From: Geosiphon pyriformis uo1
Lineage: Eukaryota; Fungi; Glomeromycota
Direction of reading: 5' to 3'
Assembly (NCBI GenBank): GCA_016748015.1
Contig: JAAOMT010000258.1
Coordinates: 746,173 to 810,172 of the forward strand
Length of the DNA: 64,000 nucleotides
Shown: piece after piece, positions 49,684 through 64,000 of the stretch
Position numbering within the stretch: the first letter of the stretch is position 1
Layout of the letters: every line of letters begins with the position of its first letter
Notes under the pieces: generated by a model
Database searches by the model: none
Seen by the model: only the letters and a program-made list of their open reading frames with translations
Told to the model about the DNA's origin: nothing
Made by a program: the position numbers and the translations under genes

Positions 49684-50762
49684 CAGCGCATCGCAAAAGT
49701 ATCCGATCCTCAATAACTCTGTAGAATAAGTTGGAGCCCCAGAATTTTCTAAAGACAAAGAATGCCATAAATGCTAATCATTCATAAATTTTATAGGTCG
49801 ATAAATCTTCTATATCAGGTATTTTATCATAATCACAAAAATGTCTCTTCCAAAACACAAGCGATATGAAATAATTTTTTTAAAAAAGCATTCCAAAGAC
49901 CCGAGACTTTAACTTCCAGTCACAACAAATTACATTCATTGTTGTAGGTCTACAGCACTTTATTAAGTTAAAAAATGGCCAGAAACAAAAAACTTAAGAT
50001 ATCAACCAAAATCTGGCCGAAATCGAATCACGACCCCAAAACAAGATGCCAAAATTGTAAAACTTGCAAAGAAAATAAATTAATCTAACCCACGGGAAAT
50101 ATAAAAAACGAAAGGTTAGCATTAGTTTAGACACTATTCAACGATGTTTACGTTAAGATGACGGTAAATATAGGGCTAATATTCCCAAATCGTTACTTAC
50201 TAATAAAGATAAAAAAACGTTTGGAGTGGGCTAAAATTTTGACTGGGAATCGATTTGTATTTTCAGACAAAAGCAAATTTCGTCTAAACCAACCAAACAT
50301 TAAAAGTTTGACAGTTTTCTGAACGAAGAAAATTATTCCGGTCTGTGAAGCATTCATTAAAGACAAATGTATGGGGCTGTTTTCCAGTGTTGGGTTTTGA
50401 GCTGGTTAGCTTCCAACACAATCTCAATGCTACTTTTACGATTACAATATTGAAATATGATTTTTAGGAGCTATTCTATAAAGTGGATCTTACAAAAAAA
50501 TAATGATCGAAAATATCGTTCAAAAAAAGTGACCTAGTTAGGAGGAAAATAATGTCAATGTTATTCCATGATCATCAATATCACCTAACCAAGATCCAAT
50601 TGAAAACGTTTGGCAAAAAAAATTAAAACTCTTAAGGTATTAAAAGGATCGCTTACCCAATGAGCTTGTAGCAAATCTTGTCAATAGTATGAATATATTA
50701 GATCTTGTAAACTTTAGCTGTGTACCGAGTTATGAGAGATCGAATACTTTTGCGGGGTACTG
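49684..50762 (+). mobile_element. Tc1/mariner relic with imperfect TIRs and TA flanks
   Basis: TA|CAGCGCATCGCAAAAGTATCCGATC versus TA|CAGTACCCCGCAAAAGTATTCGATC. Fragments: MSLPKHKRYEIIFL, KSGRNRITT, FSDKSKF, NVWGCF and SPNQDPIENVW. Confidence 0.85.
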
Positions 50763-53700
50763 TATCAGAAACCAATATTCTGGTTCTTCAAAGAATTTGT
50801 AATTGATTACATAAAAAGTGAAAGTAATTCTAGACTATTTGAAATATTCAATCGATTTATCATATATATTTCTATTTTGAGATTGCTAATAAATCAATTT
50901 TTTGCCTTCTCAAAATTCATGCTTCTTTTTTATCTGCCAATACTATGATGTTATTTATGATTGAACGTAAAAGCTTTTACAGGTAAAAACCTCATGTAGT
51001 TATTCTTGATATAACGTATAATTTTTTTGTTATTATTAATTAAATTTTTGTTAATTTCAAAATACATCTGGCCACACATATTTGAAGTGGCTTTTTGGAT
51101 CCTTTCTTAAGTATACATGTATTTGTATTGATACCAAAGCTTGCTATTTATAATGAATTTTAAATGGGTTTCTGGATGAACTTTTATTGTTAAATTTTAA
51201 AAGAATATTATTAATTGAAAATAGTATACTAAAAAGAATCGGGCATTGTTATTTAATAAACGCGTTCGGTAAATAATGCTTAACGATAAATAAATTAAAT
51301 GAATTTGAAAATTTTTATTCAAAAAGGTTATCTTCAGCTTGAAATCTAAATATAACGGGATTTTTAAATCTATCGTTCGACTGGCTTAATTTTTCAATTT
51401 AAATACTTTAGGCACTCAAAATTCTTGACTAGCTGGCCAAGTTAAGCGCATGAACACCCTCAAACAGGAGTTGAATACTTTTAGAGCCAGCCCGATTAGC
51501 TCTTGAACCACCTGATCTAATCTGTAGGTGATTTACTTTTTGATTTATTTCTTCCAGCAAGCCGTGAAAAACGTATTCGAAAAAATTGAATTAAGTTGGA
51601 ACTTTTAGAATGTATAAATCAGATACGTAGATTGCTATAAAATCAAAGAAACAAATAAAAATTACATTGTCGATCCCCCAAATGCATTTCTCACTACTCG
51701 GCAGCTGTAAGAAATATAAATCTAAAAAATGATTTAATCAAAACAACTCGAAACACTCCTTTTTAAGCTTATAACTGAATTTATTTTTGGATTATATTAT
51801 CTACTTGTTTCTTTAGAAATTCATTATCACAAGCCTAAGATATAAATTGTCATTACATTAATATTATGAATCTTGAATTTCCTATCAAAAAGCAAATCAA
51901 TGGTAAAAGGATATAAGAAAAATTCAAGTCAAGCTTTATAGTGATTCTTGTCAAAAAGCCTTGGAATAGCATAGAGTAATAATAAATTTATTAAGATCTG
52001 TTTAATTTTCAGCAGATAATAATTATTGTTCCATGTTCCCATGATATCTCAGTTGTTTATGACAAAAAAAGCATTAGCAAGTTGATATTTTTTCTGAGCA
52101 AATATTTTGATTCCCTTATTTGAAAATTTGCAACAAGTTTTGGTTACGGGCATCATCAAGGAAAAACTAAATGATATTGAGAGAAGACAAATATTGAGGA
52201 TCATTTTGATTATTGACTTTGCACCGGAAAATTCAAAATATATTAGCTGCTTAGCATAGAAATCTTGTTTTAAGCTAATAAAGTTTGATATTACTTACTT
52301 TCTGGCAATTTCTAGCATTGAAATTTTAAATCAAAACGAAGATGAAATACATTCTCCTATTTAAAATTTTGTTCTTAATTGTTCTTTTGGATATATTGAT
52401 GCACGAAAATTTTGCGACTAGTGAAAAAATTGGTAATTTATTCAAATGTGAAATCATGTTTAAATTTATAGTATGAAAATAATCGAATATTTCTTTGGCT
52501 AACCACTCACAAAATTCGGCACATTTAAAAATAGTGAAACGTGATTCTGATCATGAACAGGTATTTAAAAGAGGCTTTTTTGAAAATCTCATCTATTGAA
52601 AATAAAGCAACTAATCCAGAACTTATTGGAAAGTTGAGAAATGTTCCTTATCGTTCTCCGGAACTACATGGTAAACCTATCGAACGCTCTGCCAAGCCAA
52701 TTGTGAAAATTCTTCGATTTACCCAGTACTCTCCAGAGGTGATCGTCAAGGCTAATAGATTTATATACCTTTCACCTCAACCTATCACAAAAATTTTAGG
52801 TCCTGCAAAAATAATGTAAGAAATGTTTGAAATTTTTCGAGGTTATCAATGCCTCTTTCAAAAAATGTAAAGATTCCCTTACATGCATTAATCATACTAG
52901 CTACGCTAAATCTAATTCTTCCCTTGATAATCAAACGTATAAAGAAAGTTATCACAGAATTTAAGTGGAAATGTATTTTAATATCTTTTGACAACTTCCT
53001 CTATTCTATTTACATTTTCACGTTTTGCTTATTACCTAAAATTTTTAATTATTCTCTGTGAATTTAATATAAAAATAGAAAAAGGGTACTTTTCTCAAAA
53101 TCGAAAAACTTCATATCCAATTCCCTTATTAATATACATTATCTCATTCATTTGAATTTTCACAAAATACTTTTGATAAAATAAACTAAAAAGAAATTTT
53201 AATAAAAATTTGAAATAAAATAAAATTAGTTATGTCTCAAAAAATAAAAGCAAAATAATTCTAAAATATCACAATAATCTGCAATTTCAAAAGAAAAAAA
53301 CTTTTAAAAAATTATGATACTTTTAACTAAAAAATAATTGAAATTTTTTTGGATTTCAAAAATTTAATGTAATAAATATAAAAACAAAATAATTTTCAAA
53401 AGAAAACGAAGAATTAATATATATTAGTGAAATATTGAAATCCTGATCATATCTCAATAAAACAAAATTGTAAACAATAAATGACCTTAAATATATATTA
53501 TATTCAAAAAGAGTAATTTCCTTTCAAAAATAAAAACGTTAATGAATTAATTTAGAATAATTCAAAGATATAGTAGTTCAAATATATTTTTTAAAATTTA
53601 TTATTATTTTTAAAAATTCTAACACTGAACATGAAAACTTGTAAAAATTAAATTTTTTAATGCAGTAAAAACATTATCATTAACTTTTATGGTATTTAGT

Positions 53701-54435
53701 TTTTGTTGGTTTAATTTCAAAAAATAAAAAAATTTCAATATTATCGTAGGTTTTTTTTTCAAAAGAAAAAGGAATTATACATACGAAATATTTTCTTTGA
53801 ATAATCATAATACTTATTTACGGCAAACAAGTTAAGATTGTGATTCATATATTTTAAAAAAATTTTATCCTAATTTAAAAATAAAATGTTTCTATCCAAA
53901 ATCTCACAATATTAATATAAAAAAACGATTGTCTGCGCAGATAGTCATTGTAGCTTTTAAGGCTATACTCTCATTAATCATTTATTAAAACCTAACCTTT
54001 CGTAAATATATAAATTAAAATGTTTTTTTAAATGCGTGCCTAAAATTTCTATTTAGATTTGGGTTGGTTCTTTATTTTCATTATTTTTAATTTTGGAAAA
54101 CGAAAAAATTTTATTTGCTGCAAATTGGAATCAATGAAAAAAGAAAATATAAATTAATTTAATTTAATTTAAATGTTTATAATTTGAATGACTTTAGTAA
54201 CTTCAAAATTAATGATTCAAAAAAAAATTGAAATTTATAGGCATTCGGTTAGAATGATAAGCTCATTTGAAAAAAAAATTTATCCAATTAATTAAAATTC
54301 CATCTGCAAGAAATATAATCTATAATACATATTCTAACTTTCAAAATTCTTAATTTACATTGTTCCGATTTTTTTCCCAAAAATATATTATTTTTATTTT
54401 ACCATATAACCGTCAATCACTAGAGTCTCTGAAAT

Positions 54436-56637
54436 TTATAATTCAACACCTTCTCTCTTTAGAACCTGTGCAAAGGCCCTCTCAGCCGCTTGAACAGCGC
54501 CAGACATGTACCCAATATCCTGATGTGCAGTTTCGGTACCTGGATAGTTTATTTACCAAAAAAAGAAATTGAAATCAAAAATGATTCATTATATTAAAAA
54601 GGTCAAAAATTAAACGCTCACCAGCAAAGTAAACATTTCCAATAGGCTCTCGAAGTGCATCTGCATAGTAAATCAAAGTTCCCGGAGGCTATATGATTTA
54701 CAACAAGGTTTATTTTGAAATTTTAAGCAATACAGTTTTATAAAAATATATATATATAACTTTCATACACAAATTCCTACTGGTGCGCCGCCGATCCAAT
54801 CATCCAGAAGCCAATTCTTTTCAATATAATGAGTTGGATTTTCCGCCTCGGCTGAGTTGAAAATGCGCGCCACCAAGGATAAAAGACGCGCTCGTGTTAT
54901 TTCAAGTGGCAACTATAGTAATTTCTCGGCGTATTAATATTCGAAATTGAAATTAAAAATTTTCACGCCAAAAATTTAAACCGATTATCGAAGAGACAAA
55001 CTTTTGTGTGCTCAATTGCATGTTTTCCAACAATGAACACGGTCAACGCAATGACTGACAAATCATGGTTACAACCATCGTAAATCTGGAATATCTTTTA
55101 TTAGAATATCTTGTATTCATAAGTCATTGAATTTTCACAAAGGAACTTACCATCGATATAGGTGACACTGCTTGACCTTCTGCATTTGGAAAATCATCAA
55201 ATGGGATGGCCTCACCAGCATAACCTTTTTCTCGCCACCATGCTGTTTCGTAAACAAGGTGAACTTTCATATATGCTGCCATGAAAAATTTTTCACATAG
55301 CTAAAAGAATGAGGTGATTAGATTTAGAATATATATAAATGAAACAACATATAAATTGAAAAGTTCCTTGAGAAGGTTACTTTATTTCTTGGGACTCCAA
55401 GAGACGGTTCAAAGGTTATCTTTGACTGAGCTGTCGGAGGAATAGCGAGAACGATGTAATCACTGGTAAATAATTTATCTCCACTGTAAACGTCGACACT
55501 TGTTTCATGACGGTAAACATAAGTCACTGGATGTTCTAGGTAAATACAATTGGGTGGTAATTTCCTTTGGATGAGCAATGGAATCCTATAAGCCCCTCCT
55601 TTAATTTTATATTCTTGGACACCATTTGTGGTTTCACATAGGTTCAATATTCCTGATTGAAGGATAGTAAAGTAAATTTAGAGTTTTTATGCCTTTTCAA
55701 ATATTGATATAAACATAGCAAATTTATATTAACCTCCAGCTGATTTAATTGTGCACAAGAAAAACAACATTGAAATTTCTTTAGCCTCTGCACCGAAAAT
55801 CATTCGTACAGCTACATCCAGCAATTCTTTGGCACTTGTCGTCCTTATTTTGGATTTGGTCCAGGATTCAACTGTTATAGAATCCCAATATGCAGCGTTT
55901 TCTAAGTAAGTCCAAATAAAATAAAATTCAATAAAATTCAATAGACTGTATCTTTTTCGATAAAAAGCTTTTGCGATCATACTTGATTTTTGTGGAGAAT
56001 CGATATTAATATCTTTTATTAGTTTGTCTAAAGTTGATATAGCGTTAAATTGAAGATCAAGCAAAGCTAAAAAATGAGATTAATTGTTGAAACCTTTTGG
56101 TTATAAAAAAAATTCGAGCTATTATTTTTACATAAAAACTTACCAAAAATGTTTAATGGTGGTATTGAAGATTTACTGCTAAATTTTTTAATTCCATTTT
56201 TCCGCCAATGAACTTTTGTCCCTTGGTTATATTGTTCGTAGGTTTCGACATTAAATTCTTTCAATAGATCGAGAATATGTGTTTGGGTTTTTCCGACCCA
56301 TTGAGCTATGAAACAAAACGAATTCCTTTAATCTCTCTCGAAAATCAAAATTGCCTAAGATGTTACTCGACTTGCCTCCCATATCTATTTTATTATCATG
56401 GTCCACATCTTCGGCGTAAATACGACCACCAATACGATTACTAGCTTCCAGGATTTTAACTTCAAAACCAGCCTTGTGGAATAATTGAGCAGCACGAAGA
56501 CCTGATAGACCAGCTCCACTTTCAATATTCCCATAAAAAGAATAATTTAAGCCCTATCTAAGGTAAAAGTTAAACGAAAAACAACCAAATTTTAGCTCGC
56601 CTTATAAAACTTACACAATAATAACAGATTTTAGCAT
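54436..56637 (-). CDS. Flavin-containing amine oxidase (monoamine oxidase family), multi-exon
   Basis: MLKSVIIV|GAGLSGLRAA...LEASNRIGGR...DMG|AQWVGKTQ, EAKEISMLFFL, QEYKIKGG, IVLAIPP, KVHLVYETAWWREKGYAG, LREPIGNVYFA|GTETA and GYMSGAVQAAERA. Confidence 0.93.
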
Positions 56638-59600
56638 CTTTTGTAAGAAATGAAGGATCTTTTTTTTCGTCAAGAAAAAAGTTCAAATATGTTGGGAGTT
56701 CTTTGTATTCTGCAGAATGTCTATCAAATCTATTCTTGAATTATTTGAAAAGTCGAAAGCTACACAACAATACCTTTGACTCACAAATGTGATTGGGAAG
56801 ATCGAAAATCGCTTGTTTGTTAAGGCTAATTATGGTTAGGGTGATCTGGATGTAATTGGGCTTAAGTATGCAGTTTGCATTTAATAAAAATACTTCCATG
56901 AATGGTTTTACGACATATCCAAAAATAACTTAGATTTTGGATAAATCAAGGCTAGTGAAATTAAGTTACATTGTCAATTGAGAGAAATGATTCTCTGAAG
57001 TTAGCTTCAAACGTATTTGGTAAACTTTTTAATGGGACTTTTCCTTAAAAAAAAAAAAATTCTGCCAAGATTTTTTTTGATATATTGATAAGAAATTAAC
57101 ACGTGATACCGAATTGATGAAGAACTTTTCTTTATTAAACTTTCATCAGGTATAAAGTGTCATTTGTAAAATAGAGTATATATCATTTTCAGAATTATCA
57201 TTCCGATTTTGGAAGGCATTAGATTGTTGAATAGTCTCTAATCAAAATCCGCTTGGAACGATGCACTGAGGTTCATTTGTGTTTCCTTAAAAATTAAGTG
57301 TTGCAGTATCCTAACTTAGCTCCTCTTATATAATCTTCAAAATTTATTAAAAGAAAATATCTGAGCCAAAAAAAAGCAGTTTCATTAAATCAATTTCAAA
57401 ATAATTTTTACAAAAAACTAAGAGAATAAAATTTAAATTTTTTTCTGATGGGCAAAATTATTTGATAAAACAATTTAAACAGAGCTTTGCAAAGAACCCT
57501 TGTTCAAAGTAAAATAGCTATCAATAATATAACTTATTATAAAAGCAACCAGAGCAGCATTAATAATATTTGTTGATTTTTTGGGTGAATGTAAAAAATT
57601 TAACTCATCTCAAAATTTTGACTTTGACCACAATATAACTTCTGTTTCAGTTCATGAAAACATACAATTTGTGCTTAATATATAATTGACCTATAACGAT
57701 ATTTCACATTGTAGTAGTTTCAAAATTTTGTTTCTTTGATTTCAAAAAACTAAAAATAGGTTCAGTACTTTATTACCAAATGGTTTAACGATAATTTTTC
57801 AATGAAAAAGCCTCGTTTACAGGTGCATCGTTCTTTCCTAATCCGTTTACGATTGGGAAAAAATTCTAAAAACTTAATAAATCACAATTCCTAAAAAAGT
57901 TATAAATATCTTTGGAAACGTTGGAAAATTGAAAGTGACACTAATAGCTGGCCTTTGATAGTCTTAAGTCCTTCCAACTTTTCAAAAGATGTGAATGAAG
58001 ATTCTATGAATCTTGATATTACAGGAAAAAACCAAAGTTTTTACATTTAAATTTGGAGAAACACGATGTGTTTATATACTTGAATTTTTATAATTTATAT
58101 CAACTTTTTCTAATGTTGTTCAAATTTTTTTGACAAGAGTCAATTTTTTTTTGCATAAATATTTTCCAATAGGAAATGAAAAAGATTATAATATTGAATT
58201 TTTTGTTTTTTAGATTATTTCTCAAAAACCCAAAATTTTCTTAAAACCTTGATTTTTAAAATGTATTTGCTCTTCAATTTTAAAAAGTAAAAAAATTATA
58301 CCAATTCTCATGATGATACTTTTGGTTCTTTTGCCTTGATCAAATTTTTGCAACTATTTCAAAATTTATCATTCATTTATACAGTTTATCTTTTGAATTT
58401 AAATATTTTACATAAACAATATGTCAACATAATGTATCAAATGGAAGCTATTTTAAAAGCGAAATCCAAAAAAATTGGCTTATGTTGAAGATTTTCAATT
58501 CTTGGCACAAAAAATGAATTAGCTTTCACCAATGTCAATATTATTCAAAAATATCTATTTTATTTTAGTTTCTGTTAAATTATTAATATTAAACCTAACT
58601 TCATTTTAAAATTTTATATACATGTAGAAAAAGAAATGATATTGAAAAATTTTGAATGCATATATTTGATTCGTAAATAATTGTGGTCAAAAATTAAAAA
58701 ACCTTATAACAAACATTTTTCAAAAACCTTAGAAAATTTCCAATAATCAAAAATAAAAACTATTTTCTTTAAATCAAAAACTTTTTTGTCTTCAATTGGA
58801 AACATTATACCTCAGAATTTTTTGATATTTTAATTTTGTTAAAATATTTTTAGCATTAATTACATTAAAAAGATAAAAAACCTTTCAAAATATATTATAA
58901 CTTTTAAACTACTTTCTACTCTTCATACAATAGTTTTAAATTTTTGATTATCCAATAATGGAGTATTAATTTTTAGAGATCGTTTTTGCATTTTTTATAG
59001 TAATATCATACGTTTTCATAAACAAAATAATTCTTTAAAAATTAATATTAAATTCTTTTGGTTTTTGTTTTGATAATCTGTTTTTCGAATTAAGCAATCA
59101 TTGCTTGATTTAATTCATATCAAACTTAATATCTAAAATATAGTTTTTCAAATCTTTTAATATTTATCACGCATTCATGTGATATCTTCATAAATTTACA
59201 TTCTGTGTTTTGACAGAAACACTTTTTTATATCACATAAAAGCTAAAAATTTAATAAAAAAACTTTAGGTCAATAATTAGTAAAACACTTTAAATAAACT
59301 TTTCCCATTTTTCTAACTCATTTCAAGGAAAAAAATTGTAAAATTTTTTGATTTTCAAAAAAAAATATTATTTTCAGAAAAGCATTCAAATCTAACTTTG
59401 TATTACAATTTATAAAAAAAAATTTTCAAGATATTCTGCTAATTCTTTTTTGCCTTGAGTGCGCACATTTCGAAAATTAGCTCCAAATATATATTAAAAC
59501 TGTAAAAAAGTCTAAAAGTTTGTCCAACAAAAATTTGAGAATTAAGGAGATTTTTAAGAACTCGAAAGTTTTCATTTGAAAAATAAATTCTCTCTGAGAT

Positions 59601-62600
59601 GTTATACTTAACATGATATTTGGGTTCAAAAAATAGGCTCAAAATTTATTAAACTTGACTTTACAATAAAAAGTTATGTTTAATTCCTTTCATTTAACCT
59701 GAGTTCCTTATTACACTTTGAATTTTGGTAAACTTGAATTTTAACAATTTTTATTGAATTATCATTCAAAATTTCGTGATTTGAGTAAAATTGTGTTAAA
59801 CTAAACCAAAAAATATCAAAATATATTTCCTTCCAATTCAATAGCTTAAATTGACAAATATATTAAAATTTAACGCTTTTTTAATATTGATTAACTAGAC
59901 TATCCCATAAGAACTTTTCTTTTATAAAGACAAAAACTGAATTTCCAAATAAAAGATTTACATAACTGTTTGTCTCCACTTTTCAATTGAAAAGCTTTAA
60001 TTAAAAAATTAACGAATAAGTAAAGTTAAATAACACTTGCTTAAAAGTAAGAGAAATTGACAAACTAGCCTTTTGAAAAAATCTAAAAAAGCTTCACAAA
60101 CTTATAGTAAAGAATTTTAATTAAACTGCATCTGCTCATAAGCTTAATTAAAAACAACTGTATAAATAACCTTTTAATTTCAAGGAAATATATTGTTTCA
60201 TTTTAAAAATTTAAACAAAAAATTTTAATTTATACAATTAACTAAATACATATAGTTTATTTAATTTTGGCGTTGAACATGTTTTGATGATATTTCAAAT
60301 TTTCAAAATATTTATTCAATACTAAACATTCCACTATTAGTAAACAATATTGATCAGGTTTCAGTAAAAAAATATGTGATAAAAAACTATAGTATAAATT
60401 AACTTCAATTAGCTTTTGTGATAATTCAGCAAAAGAGAAAATTTTGAAAACATACAATATCTTCTGTATATGGTTTTCTAAAAAAAAACTTTTCTCTTTT
60501 ACCAACTCAAACAATTTTGGTTTTAATATATGCCACTTTTCAGAAATATCCACATTAGTAAGATATATTTAGATTTTTTTGAGGCAAAAGACCATTTTAC
60601 ATAATTTATAATAACTGGCCAACAATAATCAATGATAAATACAGATTCTATTATAATCTAAAAAAGCAGATTAAAATTTTATTTCAAAAACTAATATGAG
60701 AATGGCATTTATCTCCAATTCTTTCTTTGATATCGGTTGCTTAAAAAACTGATTAATTTTATATATGAAAAATTTAATATTTTTGAAAAAACAAATATTC
60801 CATTTAAAACATTGATATAATATTATTATCATACTATATATTTTCAATGAAATTAAAATTTAAAAACACACTATTTAGTCATTTAATTTAATATTGACAG
60901 AAATATTTTATGATAAATCAAAATTGAGTATTTTCAATGCTAAAAAAGTATTTGACAGATTTTCCAGATTTCCAGATGAAATAAATAAATAATATTTTAA
61001 TCTGTTTTTGCTATTAGAATTCCAATACCTCGAAATATAGAGCAATGAACCTCTAGTAATAATTTGATTTTTCAAATAAGTAAACTCATTTAAAATAAAA
61101 TCTTATAAGAGCAATTTTTAAAAGTAACCAAAATTTTAAAATATCAATTTTAGGATATATGTCCGTTTTAATATATTCATTGAAATCATTTCGGTTTTTA
61201 AAAAAAGAAATTTTGTATAGAATACTTCATCAAATAAACAGAAAAAAATACCCAAAATAAGGTGCAAAAATCAGAACAAAGCTTTGTTTAAGCAAAATAT
61301 TTTCACGCGCTATTTTAACCGAAACAAACAAAAATGTTCACAGAAATAAAAGTAAAGAGTTATTACATATTTAAAAAAATATTTTCACGCACATTTCTTC
61401 CAATCCAATTTCTTCATTCACCTATGAGAGCCCAGTCTAAAAAATTTTCAAAATAATTTAATTTAATATAAAAAATAGCATGCTTAAATGTGATAATTTT
61501 CAGAAACTCTTTTCATTTGAGATTTATTTTGAAGTTAAAAACAAGCTTTTTACATATTAAAAGTTAATGATCGAATTTTAATTTATTTTTGAGATAATAT
61601 GAAGTGTCTGTCTTTCCGATAACAAAAAAAATTCTAAAACGGTAGATTTTTTTTCAATTCTACTTAAAACTTGAATGAAAATTACGATACTATAATCTGA
61701 TTTTTAAATTAAATCTAAATTTAAAGACAAAGGCTAATTGCCTTATAAATTCAATATTTATGTATGTGATTTTTTCCAATTTTTTAATAAATTTTCCAAT
61801 AATTTATTGAGAAATACTGCATATTTTAAACTACACACTTTAATCTTTGCTCTAACATTAAATAAAATATTCACATCTAGAAGAAATTTATAATTATCAA
61901 ATTTTTACAAATAATTAAAATTTTATGCTTTATTAGTATTATAATTAATTGATTTTTCTTTTCAAAAAAATTAAAATCCATCCTTTAAAATTTTCTGAAA
62001 TCTAAAACCTCTACTTTTATTTTTTCAAATTTAAAAAAACACAACTTCTGAAGATAAAATATTAATATTATAATTGTATTGTATACCTTCGTTCTTGAAC
62101 TTTTCAAATTTGTTGCATTTCTATATATGAATAAAACTGGCCATCAAATCAAAATTTTGTCAATTAAAGAATCCTTAACTCACAAAATATTAACAAAATT
62201 GTGAATTTAAACCCAATAATCTCACAAAGTGCATACATCTGTCTGCACAGCTAATTAATTAATAAATAAATATTTTTCCAATGTTTTGCTCAAAAAACAA
62301 AAGGTAAAATACCAAAAAACATCGAAAACAACATATTTGAACCTATAATTAGATTCAGATTTCGTTACATTATAATTTGCTTGGATTAAAAAAGATCATT
62401 TTGAACATTAAATATAAAAGTGCTTTGTTTGCTATGTCATACTGGCTTTTTCTCAATAACTTTTATGACTGCATTTCTCAATCAAATTAAAAAAATTACT
62501 ATATTTACATTATATTTTTCTTCAAGGGTTGTACAGAGCCAAAAATAAGAAAAATTAAAAATATGATGAAATTATGTTTCAAAAAAAATTGAGTTAAAAT

Positions 62601-64000
62601 GAAACGCTTTACATACAAGAAAGATCAAATTCTAGGGACTCTATCATTTCAATCTATTAATTGTAACAGGAATTAAAATTTTACTTTTTACAGACATTGA
62701 TATTAGCAAATGTATTATAAATTGATAAATTACAAAATTTTAAATTTTCAAACCAACGCTTTTTACAAATATAATTTTGAACTTTTCTTTTCTTTACATT
62801 TTGAACTTTTCTTTACATTTTGAAAATATTTTAAGGCATGAAGAAAACTATCAAGTCCTATGTTACAAGGCAAATAGCATGGTCGGATACTATGCTTCAA
62901 CTCTTTGTGGACACTTGTCAGTTTTTTGATAGTAACAAGAAACAGTGAAGCTAGGAAGTGGAGCTCTAAGAACTTGAAAAGAACATACATCAAAACTTTT
63001 TATAAAACAATTTCATTAGATACCCTAAAACTTCTGTTTTTGACTTACTATAGCAGTGTTGAAGTTTGTGAGATTTCAAAAAAGCAACTCCTTCATACAA
63101 TTTTTTACAATAGTTTCAGTGGAGAGCCTTGAATAAAAACAAAAATTTTGAAATTTTCAAAAGATTAAGTTTTTTATGACAATAAAAAATAATATCAAAG
63201 AATTCAAATACATTTATTTTATTTTATTATGCTTTACAAATAAGCCATAAAAAAAATAATCTTTATAAAAAAATTTTATTGATTTTTTACTTTTATATTC
63301 AAAAAACATTATAATTTTTTTAAATGCTCATTTTTTAAGACATAATAACTATTCCACATAGAAGTTAATTTTAAAAAAAAGCAAAATTTAATATTTTAAA
63401 ATATTTAATAAAAAAAGATTATCAAAGAATTTATATGATGATTTTGTTTATTTTGCTTTACAAAAAAGCCAAGAGAAATTTAATTCAAGAGTATTAAGTT
63501 TAATTAACAAAAAAATTTGTAATCATACAAAGCATAAATATTACATATTAACATATTTTTGTTGAAAATTCATTTCTCGAAAGTGAATTACAAGAAAAAT
63601 TTCATATATTTCAAGTTATAGTTTGCAAAAGGACACTATAAGAGATACAAGAATATTTTAAAATGGGATAAAAACCTTCAATATATCTATAATCAATGAA
63701 AAAGTTTAAAAATTTGATTAAAAATCTATTTTTAAAATATGATGTTTTATTACAAAATGCAAAATAAATTTTGAATTTTTAAGATGACTATTTTGGTAAA
63801 AGTAAAAAATAAGTTTTGCAAAACCAGGATAGCTAATACACAATCATTTCAATAAAACAATACAGATTATAAAAATATTAATTTAACATAAAATTACAAA
63901 ATTGGTACTTTTGGTATGTTTTAAACTTTTTATTAAATTTAAGACTTAAAATTTCAAAATAATTAAGAAAATCAATATATCAAGCATAAAATATTTTAAA

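Noticed and set aside
51430-51525. Possible tRNA-Ser/Leu-like relic on the minus strand
   Set aside because: Only vague box-like words are present, and no cloverleaf could be paired.
51900-52820. Coding-like stretch including ORF 52541-52819
   Set aside because: Broken frames and no identifiable family. It may be a decayed gene but cannot be supported.
60257-60800. Possible F-box-like relic on the minus strand
   Set aside because: The similarity is too weak and AT-biased to call.
1-64000. CRISPR array, rRNA or intact tRNA genes
   Set aside because: No regularly spaced repeats, rRNA-like sequence or complete cloverleaf was seen.

Overview
Very AT-rich eukaryotic DNA with short spliceosomal introns, most likely a fungus of the Glomeromycota (arbuscular mycorrhizal) type. 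This is inferred from the expanded tyrosine-kinase-like (TKL) kinase family with the ...NF.(D/N)(F/W)TSGN...DE.I motif, the intron sizes and the low GC. Ordinary genes are a UBE2W-type E2 enzyme, a steroid 5-alpha-reductase-like protein, two NDUFA4/B12D-like proteins and a flavin amine oxidase. The accessory part has four themes. (1) An inverted pair of intronless, dsRBD-less RNase III-domain genes, one keeping and one lacking the catalytic Asp, encloses an orphan gene and a decayed IS607-type element (serine recombinase plus probable TnpB/Fanzor-like remnant). (2) A cluster of TKL kinase-ankyrin genes is interleaved with derived stand-alone pseudokinases (no beta3 Lys, HGE for HRD, GLC/GIC for DFG) that share the kinase's exact intron pattern; one intact gene type of each is present, plus several decayed copies. 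(3) Inverted duplications recur, including a palindrome with a 2,678-bp identical core. (4) Five Tc1/mariner relics are clustered. Assembly artefacts are visible: gap-flanking tandem duplications at two 20-N gaps and a Nextera/Tn5 adapter at 43816-43834. All translations and alignments were done by eye and no database search was run.
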